NCBI GenBank assembly: GCA_023334545.1
Contig: JAADVB010000075.1
Location: 8,198-72,197 of the forward strand
DNA length: 64,000 nucleotides
From: Salisapilia sapeloensis CBS 127946
Lineage: Eukaryota; Protista; Oomycota
Direction of reading: 5' to 3'
In this document: positions 55,317 through 64,000 of the stretch, piece after piece
How the letters are laid out: every line of letters begins with the position of its first letter
Position numbering within the stretch: the stretch's first letter is position 1
Position numbers and translations under genes: made by a program
The notes under the pieces: model-generated
The model's input: the letters and a program-made list of their open reading frames with translations, nothing else
Told to the model about the DNA's origin: nothing
Database searches by the model: none

Positions 55317-58300
55317 ATGGAGATCGGAGTCGGCGTATGGGTTCGAAAGACACACGACGCACCTTGGCAGTACGCGACGATCGTCCACCTTTCGGGCGAA
55401 AGTGATGTCAAGAGTGTCCGCTACCGACTTTCGACCGGCCCCGACGCTCGGACGGACGTGACAAGGGACTTGAGTGCGCAGGCAGTCGAAGCAGAGGAGA
55501 CGGAGGACTTTTTACTAGCAAATAACAGCGATATGGACCTCGTGGAGGATTTGATCCAGTTACCTCATTTGCATGAGCCTGGGATCTGCCATACACTAAA
55601 CGCTCGATTTAAGCTGAACGAGATCTACACGCTCACGGGGGAGATCCTGCTGGCGATTAATCCCTTCAAGAACATTGGCATCTACTCAGACAAGATCATT
55701 CGCAAGTACATTCGGAACGGAGACAAACGGTCTCTCGGCCACGACGTCCAGCCTCTGCCGCCGCATGTCTTCGGGACGGCCGACCAAGCATACAGGGCGC
55801 TCATCCGTCCGTTAGTCTCAACGGAATGCCACAACCAGTCCATCCTCGTGTCTGGCGAAAGTGGCGCTGGGAAGACCGAGAGCACGAAGTTCATCATGCA
55901 GTACCTCGGCGTGATCGCCCAGCAGCATAAGAAGGCTGCGTCGGACGATGCAACGGTCATGAAGCAAGTGCTGTCTTCGAATCCGATCCTCGAAGCCTTC
56001 GGGAACGCCCGTACGATCCGGAACGACAATAGCAGTCGCTTCGGCAAGTTTATCAAGATGCAGTTCAACGACGCAGGAGCGCTCGTCGGTGCTGCCATCA
56101 ACACGTATTTGCTGGAGAAGATCCGGCTGACGTACCAGGCAGAGGACGAACGCAACTATCACGTCTTCTACGAGATGCTGGCCGGCGCATCTGATGTCGA
56201 GAAGGAGCGCTGGCAGCTCCTCAAGCCGCAGATGTACCACTACCTGAACCAGAGCTCTTGCAGCAAGCGACACGACGGCGTGGATGACGCTGAACAGTTC
56301 CGAGTGCTCAAGAACGCCATGCAGGTCATGGGGTTCCAGGAGGAGGACGTCGAGAGCGTCTTCCAGACCGTCTCAGCGCTGCTGCATCTCGGTAACGTCG
56401 AGTTCGAGGAGGTGCATCACGCGTCGGGGACGGAGGGCAGCGAGATCACAGGCGACAGCACGTCCCTCGCGTACACGCAGTCGTTCTTCGAGGTCGACGC
56501 GGACGGTCTGCAGCAGACGCTGTGCTTCCGCCGGATCCAGGCCAAGGACGAGGAGTACTCGATCAACCTCCTCCCGGCCGCAGCCGAGAGCACTCGAGAC
56601 GCACTCGCGAGGTACGTGTACGGCCGGCTCTTCGACTGGCTCGTGTCTCGCATCAACGACATGATCGAGAAGGACGTCGAGACGTCTGGCTTTGTCGGCC
56701 TTCTGGACATCTTTGGCTTCGAGGACCTCGAGCAGAATTCGTTCGAGCAGCTGTGCATCAACTATGCGAACGAGACGCTGCAGCAGCACTTTAACCGGAC
56801 GGTCTTGCGCCTCGAGCAGGAGGTTTATGAGGAGGAGGAGATCACCTGGAGCTTCATCAACTTCCCGGACAACACGCAGTGCATCGACTTGATCCAGAAG
56901 AAGCCCTTGGGCGTCCTGAGCGTGTTGGACGAAGAGTGCATCATCCCTCAAGGGAACGACAAGAACTTTTGCCGGAAACTGTACAAGCACCATGCCTCGC
57001 ACCCACACTTCGCAGCCGACAAGACGCAGCAGGCGAGCCACCAGTTCGTGATCAAGCACTACGCCGGTGACGTCCTGTACGACTCGTTCGGCTTCTGCGA
57101 CAAAAACAAGGACACCTTGTTCTACGAGATCACGGAGCTCCTGCAGCGGTCGTCCAAGGCTTTCGTCCGGAACCTCCTGCCTCGTCCGAAGCGACAGAAG
57201 AGAGGCGAGAAGAAGGAGGCGAGTAAGACGAGCATCGGAGGCCAGTTCCGGACTCAGCTGCAGGAGCTCCTCTCGACCATCGGCCAGACGCACTGCCACT
57301 ACGTCCGAACGCTCAAGCCGAACGATGACGCCAAGGCCGCCACCTTTGACTCGAAGCGCGTCTGCGATCAGCTCAAGGCCGGAGGTGTCCTCGAGGCCGT
57401 GCGGGTCAATCGAGCTGGCTACCCCGTCCGCATGTCCCATCAGCAGTTCATCAAGCGCTATCGTCCGCTGGCAGACGCGTCCTATCTCGGACGGATACCA
57501 GAGGCCGCGGCAGAGGAAGGACGGATGGAAGAGGAGGAGGTGAAGGGGGCTGCGAGTCTCCTCGTGACGTTCCTGCTCCAAGCCCATGCGCAGAGGTATC
57601 CGGAGCTAGCAGAGGACCAAGTGGCGTCGATACAAGTCGGCCGAACGCGCGTCTTTTTCCGTCGCGCAGCCATTCAGTTCGTGGAAGCGCAGCTGGCCAA
57701 GAGGTATGGGGAGTTCGTGGTCTTGATCCAAGCCAATGTCCGTCGGTTGCTGGCGAGAAGGAGCTTTGTGCGTTTGAATGAGAGCACGAGGACAGCGCAG
57801 AGGGTCGTGCGAGGCTTCTTGGGCCGAAGAGCCTTTGCGAGGCAGTTGGCCACGAACAAGAAGCTACGTCGGAAGAGAGAGGAGCAGAGGCGACGGCAGG
57901 AGGAGGAGGAGCGACAACGAGCCGCAGAGGAAGAGAGACAGGAGGAGCGACGACGAGCCGCAGAGGAAGAGAGGCAGGAGGAGGAGAGACGACGGGAAGA
58001 GGAGAGGCTGGCGGCAAAGCTCGTGGAGGAAGAGAAGCAGCGACTGACGGCGCAGACGGCGCGGTCGTCGGACCCTGCGTCTGACGACTCGGGTGAGGAC
58101 AAGGACACGCGGCGCCGGTCGAGCGGTCGGTCGACGCAGCGCTTTCGGTTCACGAGAGAGTACGACGGAGGCAGGAGTAGTCTGGACGAGGGCATGCGGT
58201 CGGTGGCGATGGAGCCGGGGGACACAGTGCTCCACGTGGCGGCCAACTGCTGCAACGAGCAGGACGTCCTCAAGCTCCTGCAGAACGGGTCGGACATTGA

Positions 58301-59420
58301 CGCGCGCAACAGACGAGAGCGCACGCCGCTCCACACGGCGACTCTGCATGACAACATCGAGGTCGTGGGCATCCTGCTGGACTGGGAGGCAGACGTCGTG
58401 GTGCAGGATGAAGACGGGAACACGCCGCTCCACTTGACGAAAGACGCGCACATCGCCCGCATGCTCTTGGAGGCAGGGTGCACCCCGAACATTGTGAATG
58501 GGGACGGCCGGACGCCGCTGATCGAGGCCGTGGAAAAGGGGCACGCAGGGATCGTCAAGGAGCTGCTGCACTTCAAGGCCGACGTGCTCTTCCGAGAGCT
58601 CAAGCACCACCAGACAGCGCTCCACCTGGCGGTTCGGAGAGGACACTACGCCATCGTGACGGACTTGTGTGCGGCGGAGGACGTCCAGCACCTGATCAAC
58701 CTCACGGACCGGAACGGGAACACGGCGCTCCACTTTGCCGTCGCGAGAGACCGGAAGAACGGGTACAGACTCGTGGACTACCTCCTTCGGCACGGGTCAG
58801 ACGTCGATCGAGTCAACGCTCGCTTCCAGACGCCGCTCGTGGTGCACATCATGACGACGAGACAGACGGACCCTGCGATCGCAGAGCTGATGCTGTCGAA
58901 GGGGGCGGACCCGAACATCTCGCTCACGGACGGCGCGACGCTGCTGCACATTGCGCTCGAGAGAGAGCTGATTGACGTCGGCTGTGCGCTCATCAAGCAC
59001 GGAGCGCTCTTGAACAAACCAGACACGGACAACCGGCTGCCGGTGGACCTGGTCGAGAAGAAGTACCTCAAGAAACTGTACGCAGCCATCTCGACACCGC
59101 CGGCGTGGGTCGAAGAGAAGAGCCGGCGGAGGTGCATGGTGTGCAACGGTAACTTCAAGTTTGGCACGAGGCGCCACCACTGCCGCCACTGCGGTCGAGT
59201 CTGCTGCTCGGACTGCTCCAACTACTCGGTCGAACTCTTCCGGTTCCCGAAAGACTTTCCGGGACGAGTGACGGACGGAGGGAAGAACGTCAAGGACGCA
59301 CAGCGAGTGTGTCGGACGTGCCACGCCGTCTTCAAGCTCCGAGCGGCCCAGAAAGAGAGTAAGAGTGGCTTCATGGCGAGAGTGCTCGGGTACGAGTGGG
59401 ATGAAATCACCGACAAGTAG
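55317..59420 (+). CDS. Myosin heavy chain with motor, 2 IQ motifs, an ER/K helix, ankyrin repeats and a C-terminal FYVE finger (oomycete-type)
   Basis: GESGAGKTE, NSSRFGK, LLEK and DIFGFE motor motifs. IQANVRRLLARR and AQRVVRGFLGRR IQ motifs. TPLH ankyrin repeats. WVEEKSRRRCMVC..RRHHCRHCGRVCC FYVE finger. Confidence 0.96.
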   Translation: MEIGVGVWVRKTHDAPWQYATIVHLSGESDVKSVRYRLSTGPDARTDVTRDLSAQAVEAEETEDFLLANNSDMDLVEDLIQLPHLHEPGICHTLNARFKLNEIYTLTGEILLAINPFKNIGIYSDKIIRKYIRNGDKRSLGHDVQPLPPHVFGTADQAYRALIRPLVSTECHNQSILVSGESGAGKTESTKFIMQYLGVIAQQHKKAASDDATVMKQVLSSNPILEAFGNARTIRNDNSSRFGKFIKMQFNDAGALVGAAINTYLLEKIRLTYQAEDERNYHVFYEMLAGASDVEKERWQLLKPQMYHYLNQSSCSKRHDGVDDAEQFRVLKNAMQVMGFQEEDVESVFQTVSALLHLGNVEFEEVHHASGTEGSEITGDSTSLAYTQSFFEVDADGLQQTLCFRRIQAKDEEYSINLLPAAAESTRDALARYVYGRLFDWLVSRINDMIEKDVETSGFVGLLDIFGFEDLEQNSFEQLCINYANETLQQHFNRTVLRLEQEVYEEEEITWSFINFPDNTQCIDLIQKKPLGVLSVLDEECIIPQGNDKNFCRKLYKHHASHPHFAADKTQQASHQFVIKHYAGDVLYDSFGFCDKNKDTLFYEITELLQRSSKAFVRNLLPRPKRQKRGEKKEASKTSIGGQFRTQLQELLSTIGQTHCHYVRTLKPNDDAKAATFDSKRVCDQLKAGGVLEAVRVNRAGYPVRMSHQQFIKRYRPLADASYLGRIPEAAAEEGRMEEEEVKGAASLLVTFLLQAHAQRYPELAEDQVASIQVGRTRVFFRRAAIQFVEAQLAKRYGEFVVLIQANVRRLLARRSFVRLNESTRTAQRVVRGFLGRRAFARQLATNKKLRRKREEQRRRQEEEERQRAAEEERQEERRRAAEEERQEEERRREEERLAAKLVEEEKQRLTAQTARSSDPASDDSGEDKDTRRRSSGRSTQRFRFTREYDGGRSSLDEGMRSVAMEPGDTVLHVAANCCNEQDVLKLLQNGSDIDARNRRERTPLHTATLHDNIEVVGILLDWEADVVVQDEDGNTPLHLTKDAHIARMLLEAGCTPNIVNGDGRTPLIEAVEKGHAGIVKELLHFKADVLFRELKHHQTALHLAVRRGHYAIVTDLCAAEDVQHLINLTDRNGNTALHFAVARDRKNGYRLVDYLLRHGSDVDRVNARFQTPLVVHIMTTRQTDPAIAELMLSKGADPNISLTDGATLLHIALERELIDVGCALIKHGALLNKPDTDNRLPVDLVEKKYLKKLYAAISTPPAWVEEKSRRRCMVCNGNFKFGTRRHHCRHCGRVCCSDCSNYSVELFRFPKDFPGRVTDGGKNVKDAQRVCRTCHAVFKLRAAQKESKSGFMARVLGYEWDEITDK
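57909..57980 (+). repeat. 2 x 36-nt tandem duplication in the myosin ER/K helix
   Basis: GAGCGACAACGAGCCGCAGAGGAAGAGAGACAGGAG followed by GAGCGACGACGAGCCGCAGAGGAAGAGAGGCAGGAG (2 mismatches). Confidence 0.9.
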
Positions 59421-59539
59421 GCAACGCACTAGAGGCGTTGAACGCTAGCTGACATAGCTGTAGAGACACGTGATAGTCGCAGCCAAGTACGAATCAATCG
59501 AGCTATATTTTGACTTTTTCAAGCCCAAGTTTCCACTGC

Positions 59540-62047
59540 CTACACGTCCTGGTCGACCACGGCTTCGATCGACAAAATATTTCCGCAGTCCTGACGTAGC
59601 CCCATGCGGTTGTACCCGTCGCTACTCGACATGCCCTTGAAGCACTTGCACACACCACTGGCGTAGTCGCACTTACCACTGCGTGTGCATGTTAGAAGGG
59701 TAGATGATGATATTATAAATGTACGTACTTGTTCGAGCACACGGCGTTCTCGGTCGTGCCTTGGACGGAGTCACCCACGCCGTCGGTATCGATCGTAAAG
59801 ACTGGCAGGTACGTCGGGTCTTCTAGCGCTTCCATGTGGAGAGAAGGAAGATCGCCCATGGCGTCTGCAAACAAGATCGAGATAGCGTTGCTGGCTGCGC
59901 CGTTCGTAGTACATGCTGACGTTGCGTCGCCGAGAGAGTACGCCACCTGGACACGACCGATCGTACGCACAGCCTCCATTGCTGCTTTCAATTCGGAAGC
60001 AGTGGCTGTCGACAGGATGCTGTCCGTCGCCTCGCCGCGGAACCAAAGGCGGAAGGCTGTCGTCTGCGTATGCTCACACGTGATCACCTGGACTTCGTTC
60101 ACTTGGTCTTGCGTGTGCGGGTCATCACCTCGAGGACACGACCTAAGAGAGCAGTCGTGACCTTCCCATCCTTCGTCGCACAAGCATCCTTGGACCTTGT
60201 TAAAGTCCCATGTCTTAGCTAAGTTCGGCGTCTGACCGTAATTCACTGGCACCGGATCTCCGTTCACGCGAGCTTCTCGTGCCAACTCTTCCATCGTCAG
60301 ACACTGGCCGTGGCCACTGCACGGCGTATTCCCAGGACACTTGAGTCGCTCGCATGCACCACCGGTGAAGTGACTCGGACAACTGCACTGGCCTGTTACA
60401 GTGTTGCAGACACCGACACCGGAGCACACGGCATAGTCATGCGCAACGTCGTCGGCGCTTGGCATGTCGAACCAAGCCCTTCCCTTTGGACATGTACGGA
60501 CGGAACAGTCTCCAGATGTCCAGCCTTCGGCACAGAAGCATCGGAATTGCGGCGGGCCGGAGCAGTAGCCATGATTCGTGCAAGCAATAACACCCTAGAA
60601 ACATGCCACGATTAGAACTGTGAGATGTACGGATTGGTTTTGTCACGTACAGGACAGGCAACGATGGATGACTCGGCAGCACCGCAGTCTCCCCTTTCTC
60701 CGGCGAGACCGTCTCCGGCGCTGCTGATGTAGCCAGGGTAGCACCGACAGTATCCTGAGAGTTCATCGCAGAAACCTCGATTTGAGCACTGCTCATTCTC
60801 TTTGGACCCGTCTTCCGTCTTGGTTACAGTCAGCTCCGGATCGGAATCAACCACAGCATGCACCAAGTTTGTGCTGTCACCAACTAGAAGCGGTAGCCTA
60901 CGTTGTGCGTAGGTAAGTGCGACAGTATAAGACTTTAGACAAGTAGACTTACGATCCAAATGTTTGAGTGAACTCGACGGTCACGTACGTTCCATCGGCA
61001 TTGCACATCTCCGTTTCGGACCCACCAAACGTGACACTAGCTTCCCCCACTGTTGTTAATGCCTATTCTCAATGCGTTATATCAACTGTAGTCGTCTATG
61101 TATATCAAATTATCTCCTTACGTTAAGCTTGGCATACACGTCGTCTGCACCGTCAGCTACATTGATAGGTACGGTAGTCTGTCCTCGAAAGGACAGTGTC
61201 AGCGTTCCATCCTACAACGATAGTATCAGCATCTACAAGTTCTACCATGTAGACATTTGGATGCTCACAGTCGCAGCGCAGTAGACTGTTTGCTTTTCGT
61301 TCAGCTGATGACCAAAAAGCGTGTCATCGTTTGCCCCTGTCAATGGGTCGTCTCCAGTGGGGCAGGTGCCTGTGGCATCAAGCAGTTAGATTTTCATAGA
61401 ATAAAGTTAAAAGGCCTCGGATATGCAGACTTACGCTTAGAACAGTCACCACCGGCGTATCCTGGATGACAGACACAGCCGTAGATCATCTCACTATCCC
61501 AATTGGCATCGTATTTGACCGCAGGGCCCTCTCCTCTATCTTTTAACAGTGCGTGGAACTTGAGTGAACGGCACTCGCCACGGTTGTTACAGTTGTTTGG
61601 ACACTCCACTACAAATACCAATGCAATGAGAAACATAAAACGAAAGTAGTTTAAGAGGCGTGAATTTACTTCGATCGCATGCCAAGCCTGTGAAGCCAGG
61701 GTCGCAGGTACACTTTCCAGTAGTAGTGTCACACCGACCGCGATTCGAGCACATTGCAGGCTGGTGCGCTCTGTCGGTTGCTATGGCCATGTCGCTCCAG
61801 GCCGGGCCACTTGGACACATTCCTATTAACATCACCTAGGTAACATGGTCGTATGAGGAGTAGTCTCGCAGGAACACGTACGCAAGGAGCAGTCACCACC
61901 GAAGAAACCGGTAAAGCAGCTACAAGTACAGCCAGAACCGTAGCTCGTACAAATACCATTGCCACTGCAGCTATTCGGACAGCATCCTTCCGTATAAGCA
62001 AGAGTTAGAAGCAAGAGGAGAGAGCTAAATATCTTCCAAGTAGTCAT
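59540..62047 (-). CDS. Secreted tenascin-like EGF-repeat protein with internal 'EVQ' domains, multi-exon
   Basis: Signal peptide MTTWKIFSSLLLLLTLAYTEG. Repeated CSGNGIC, CSNRGRC, CSGHGQC and CSGVGVC EGF units. NEVQVITC..FRLWFRGEAT module typical of oomycete EGF proteins. Confidence 0.88.
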
Positions 62048-62530
62048 TTGGACGAGAGGAAAAGATAGAATGCTAATCGACTTGAATGACATGCAAAAGT
62101 CGTTTTAAAACGGTGCTGTCGGTGTTTGGCCTATTTCTGTAGGCTACTGCACGAGATACCAGCTCTTTATGTCTAGTAGCACAGTCGCGAAGAGACTTTT
62201 ATCTGCACCATTTCTTTCAAACAGCAGAAATATGGTGGTAATCTTCCGATGGCTCAAGCTATCCAGCATGCATCTTTCGAATAAAAGTAAGCGACGGTAC
62301 CCGCGTAAAGGCAAAAGAAAATTTGCTTCGGGATTAAGAGAAGCAAGAGCAGTGTCTGACGTAATCTAGGCTTGCATGTGTTTCTTAGTTTCAGCTGAGG
62401 AGATCGTACTACGCACGAGCTGTTGATGATATCAGCAGTTAAAGTAGAAACGAATGAAAGGCTTTCAAACGATGCCGCTACAGGCAGGTTTCATATATTA
62501 AACGGAAAAACTACCTCTTCAATACATCAA

Positions 62531-64000
62531 CTAGAGCTCAAACTCTTCCGAATGGACGTCAAAGTGCTCACCACCAATCTTGCCAACGGTGGTGTCAACA
62601 ACATCCTTGAGCGCCATCGGTCCAGACATGAAGATGCCAACTGGTTCTTCACTCTTTCTCCCGAGATGCTCTTCATACGCACTGCGCAAGAGCTTGGCGG
62701 TATCCGGGCGGTAGCCACGTCTGACGTTGTATTGTGCGAGGAGGTCGCGCCGAGTGTGCACGTCCGAGGTTACCATGTAGCTCGGTCGGTCCTGCGACTC
62801 GAACGCAGGGTTGTACTGGACGCTAGCATACTTGGCTAGCCAAAAGGCCGACTTCCGACTGTACTGGTTGTAAAAGCACGCCACGCCGTAGATGATGAAG
62901 AAGAAGAGCAGGCCGAGGAAGCTGAGCAAGAAGCGCTCCAGCGGCCACAGATTCCGGTGGGGAGCGTCCAGGTTGTTCGAGACCGAGATCGGGTTGTTAT
63001 ACGCGAGCAAGACCATCGCGAACGAACTCACGAATATGGAGAGGGCAGAGAGGATAGCTCTCGATCGACCGAGTGCGAGTGGCACGGCAAACGGTCGAGC
63101 CTGGTATCCTTTCTTGGTCATGGGCCGTTCTTCATCTTTATCTCCATCCTTAGGGTACATGAGCGCAATCGGCTGGTCCAATTGAGCTTCATGATCGGCT
63201 CCACTGGATCCTTGCGTCCAGAAGAACTCGAAACGACAGTGCTCTTGTCTCGGGTCCAGCTCCTGCAGCCGCACGAGCGTCGGGTGAATGGCTTCTAGGA
63301 GAGACAGCTCTCGGAAGGAGAAGATGAAGTGCACACGACGAGGCGTCACTTCGAAACCTTCTTGCTTGGCAAGTGTCCAATTGACCACCATGTCTTCTAG
63401 GATGGCAAAGAGAGGCGTGGCCCCGATGCCTCCGCCGACGAGACAGACAGTCGAGTACATCTCGTACGATGACAAGGACGTGCCGTAGTAGCCGTCTACG
63501 TACAACGTTGGAGACAGATTCTTCCTATCACACTCGTCCGCAAGGTCAGCCAGCTTGGCGGTCCAATCTCCAAGCGACTTGAGGAGGATGGTGACGGACG
63601 TGGCGCTGGTCTTCGGAGACGAAGCGATGGTGAACGGATGCCACTCACGCTTGGAGATGGTCGGTGCGTTTAAGTACACGAACTGGCCGATGTCGTAGTC
63701 ACCATCCTGGAGTGTCGACCGAGTAATGGTGAGCGAAATGACGCCATCGGAGCAGTGTCGAAACTCTTGTACTTCTACTGGTGTCTGCGCCACAACCTTG
63801 GAGCTCGCTCGACTGAGCATGTAGAGAACCAGTGACGGCAAGAGGAGGAAGATGCTGCCTGCCCAGTGCAGTTCGAGGAAGAAGATGGCCGGGATGAAGA
63901 GCTGATGGGCGTTGTAGAAGACGGTGTAGAATTTGCGACGGACGTACGGAATGGAAGTCGCACCAATGATCAAGAAGAGCACGAGCGCGGTCTGGCCAAA
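62531..64000 (-). CDS. Ferric reductase / NADPH oxidase-like flavocytochrome, 5'-partial
   Basis: FYNAHQLF..LELHW heme His residues, REWHPFTIASSP (FAD), YVDGYYG, LVGGGIGATP (NADPH) and C-terminal HFDVHSEEFEL. Confidence 0.92.
   Translation of the reverse strand, partial: FGQTALVLFLIIGATSIPYVRRKFYTVFYNAHQLFIPAIFFLELHWAGSIFLLLPSLVLYMLSRASSKVVAQTPVEVQEFRHCSDGVISLTITRSTLQDGDYDIGQFVYLNAPTISKREWHPFTIASSPKTSATSVTILLKSLGDWTAKLADLADECDRKNLSPTLYVDGYYGTSLSSYEMYSTVCLVGGGIGATPLFAILEDMVVNWTLAKQEGFEVTPRRVHFIFSFRELSLLEAIHPTLVRLQELDPRQEHCRFEFFWTQGSSGADHEAQLDQPIALMYPKDGDKDEERPMTKKGYQARPFAVPLALGRSRAILSALSIFVSSFAMVLLAYNNPISVSNNLDAPHRNLWPLERFLLSFLGLLFFFIIYGVACFYNQYSRKSAFWLAKYASVQYNPAFESQDRPSYMVTSDVHTRRDLLAQYNVRRGYRPDTAKLLRSAYEEHLGRKSEEPVGIFMSGPMALKDVVDTTVGKIGGEHFDVHSEEFEL

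Noticed and set aside
56373-59429. Long antisense or alternate-frame ORFs over myosin (404, 309, 309, 210 aa) and over PP2A (13973-14722)
   Set aside because: These are shadows of high-GC3 codon bias in well-supported genes and carry no recognisable domains.
1-64000. CRISPR arrays, tRNA or rRNA genes
   Set aside because: No regularly spaced repeats. The GGTTCGA matches (e.g. ~640, ~30182, ~55340) lack tRNA stems or lie in coding sequence.

Overview
Gene-dense eukaryotic nuclear DNA, most likely from a flagellated oomycete. The evidence is short GT-AG introns, an ankyrin-FYVE myosin, EGF/tenascin-like and GH1 surface proteins, and the flagellar genes BBOF1 and DNAAF5. About 28 protein-coding genes are packed with spacers often under 150 bp: HPS3-like, MscS-like, C9orf85-like, two tandem fatty-acid elongases, sideroflexin, BBOF1, GPR137/TOM1-like, a conserved hypothetical, PP2A-C, a PPR protein, coronin-7, a KNL1/Spc105-like kinetochore scaffold, GH1, PRP28, a porin-3-like beta-barrel, a lactonase, an LRR protein, an ankyrin-DHYC palmitoyltransferase, RsmH/METTL15, GPAT, a C2H2 protein, two tandem EEP hydrolases, a laminin-IV-domain protein, DNAAF5, myosin, an EGF protein and a ferric reductase/NOX. 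The main anomaly is a gene-free island of about 6.7 kb (~42.0-48.7 kb). It has a ~3.2 kb core at ~22-23% GC, graded shoulders, and a mirror-image inversion of AT and GC strand skew near 45.3-45.6 kb. This fits a short AT-rich regional centromere or fixed replication origin, possibly over eroded coding DNA, but that reading is inference. Exon boundaries, family calls and composition counts were done by eye, without database searches.
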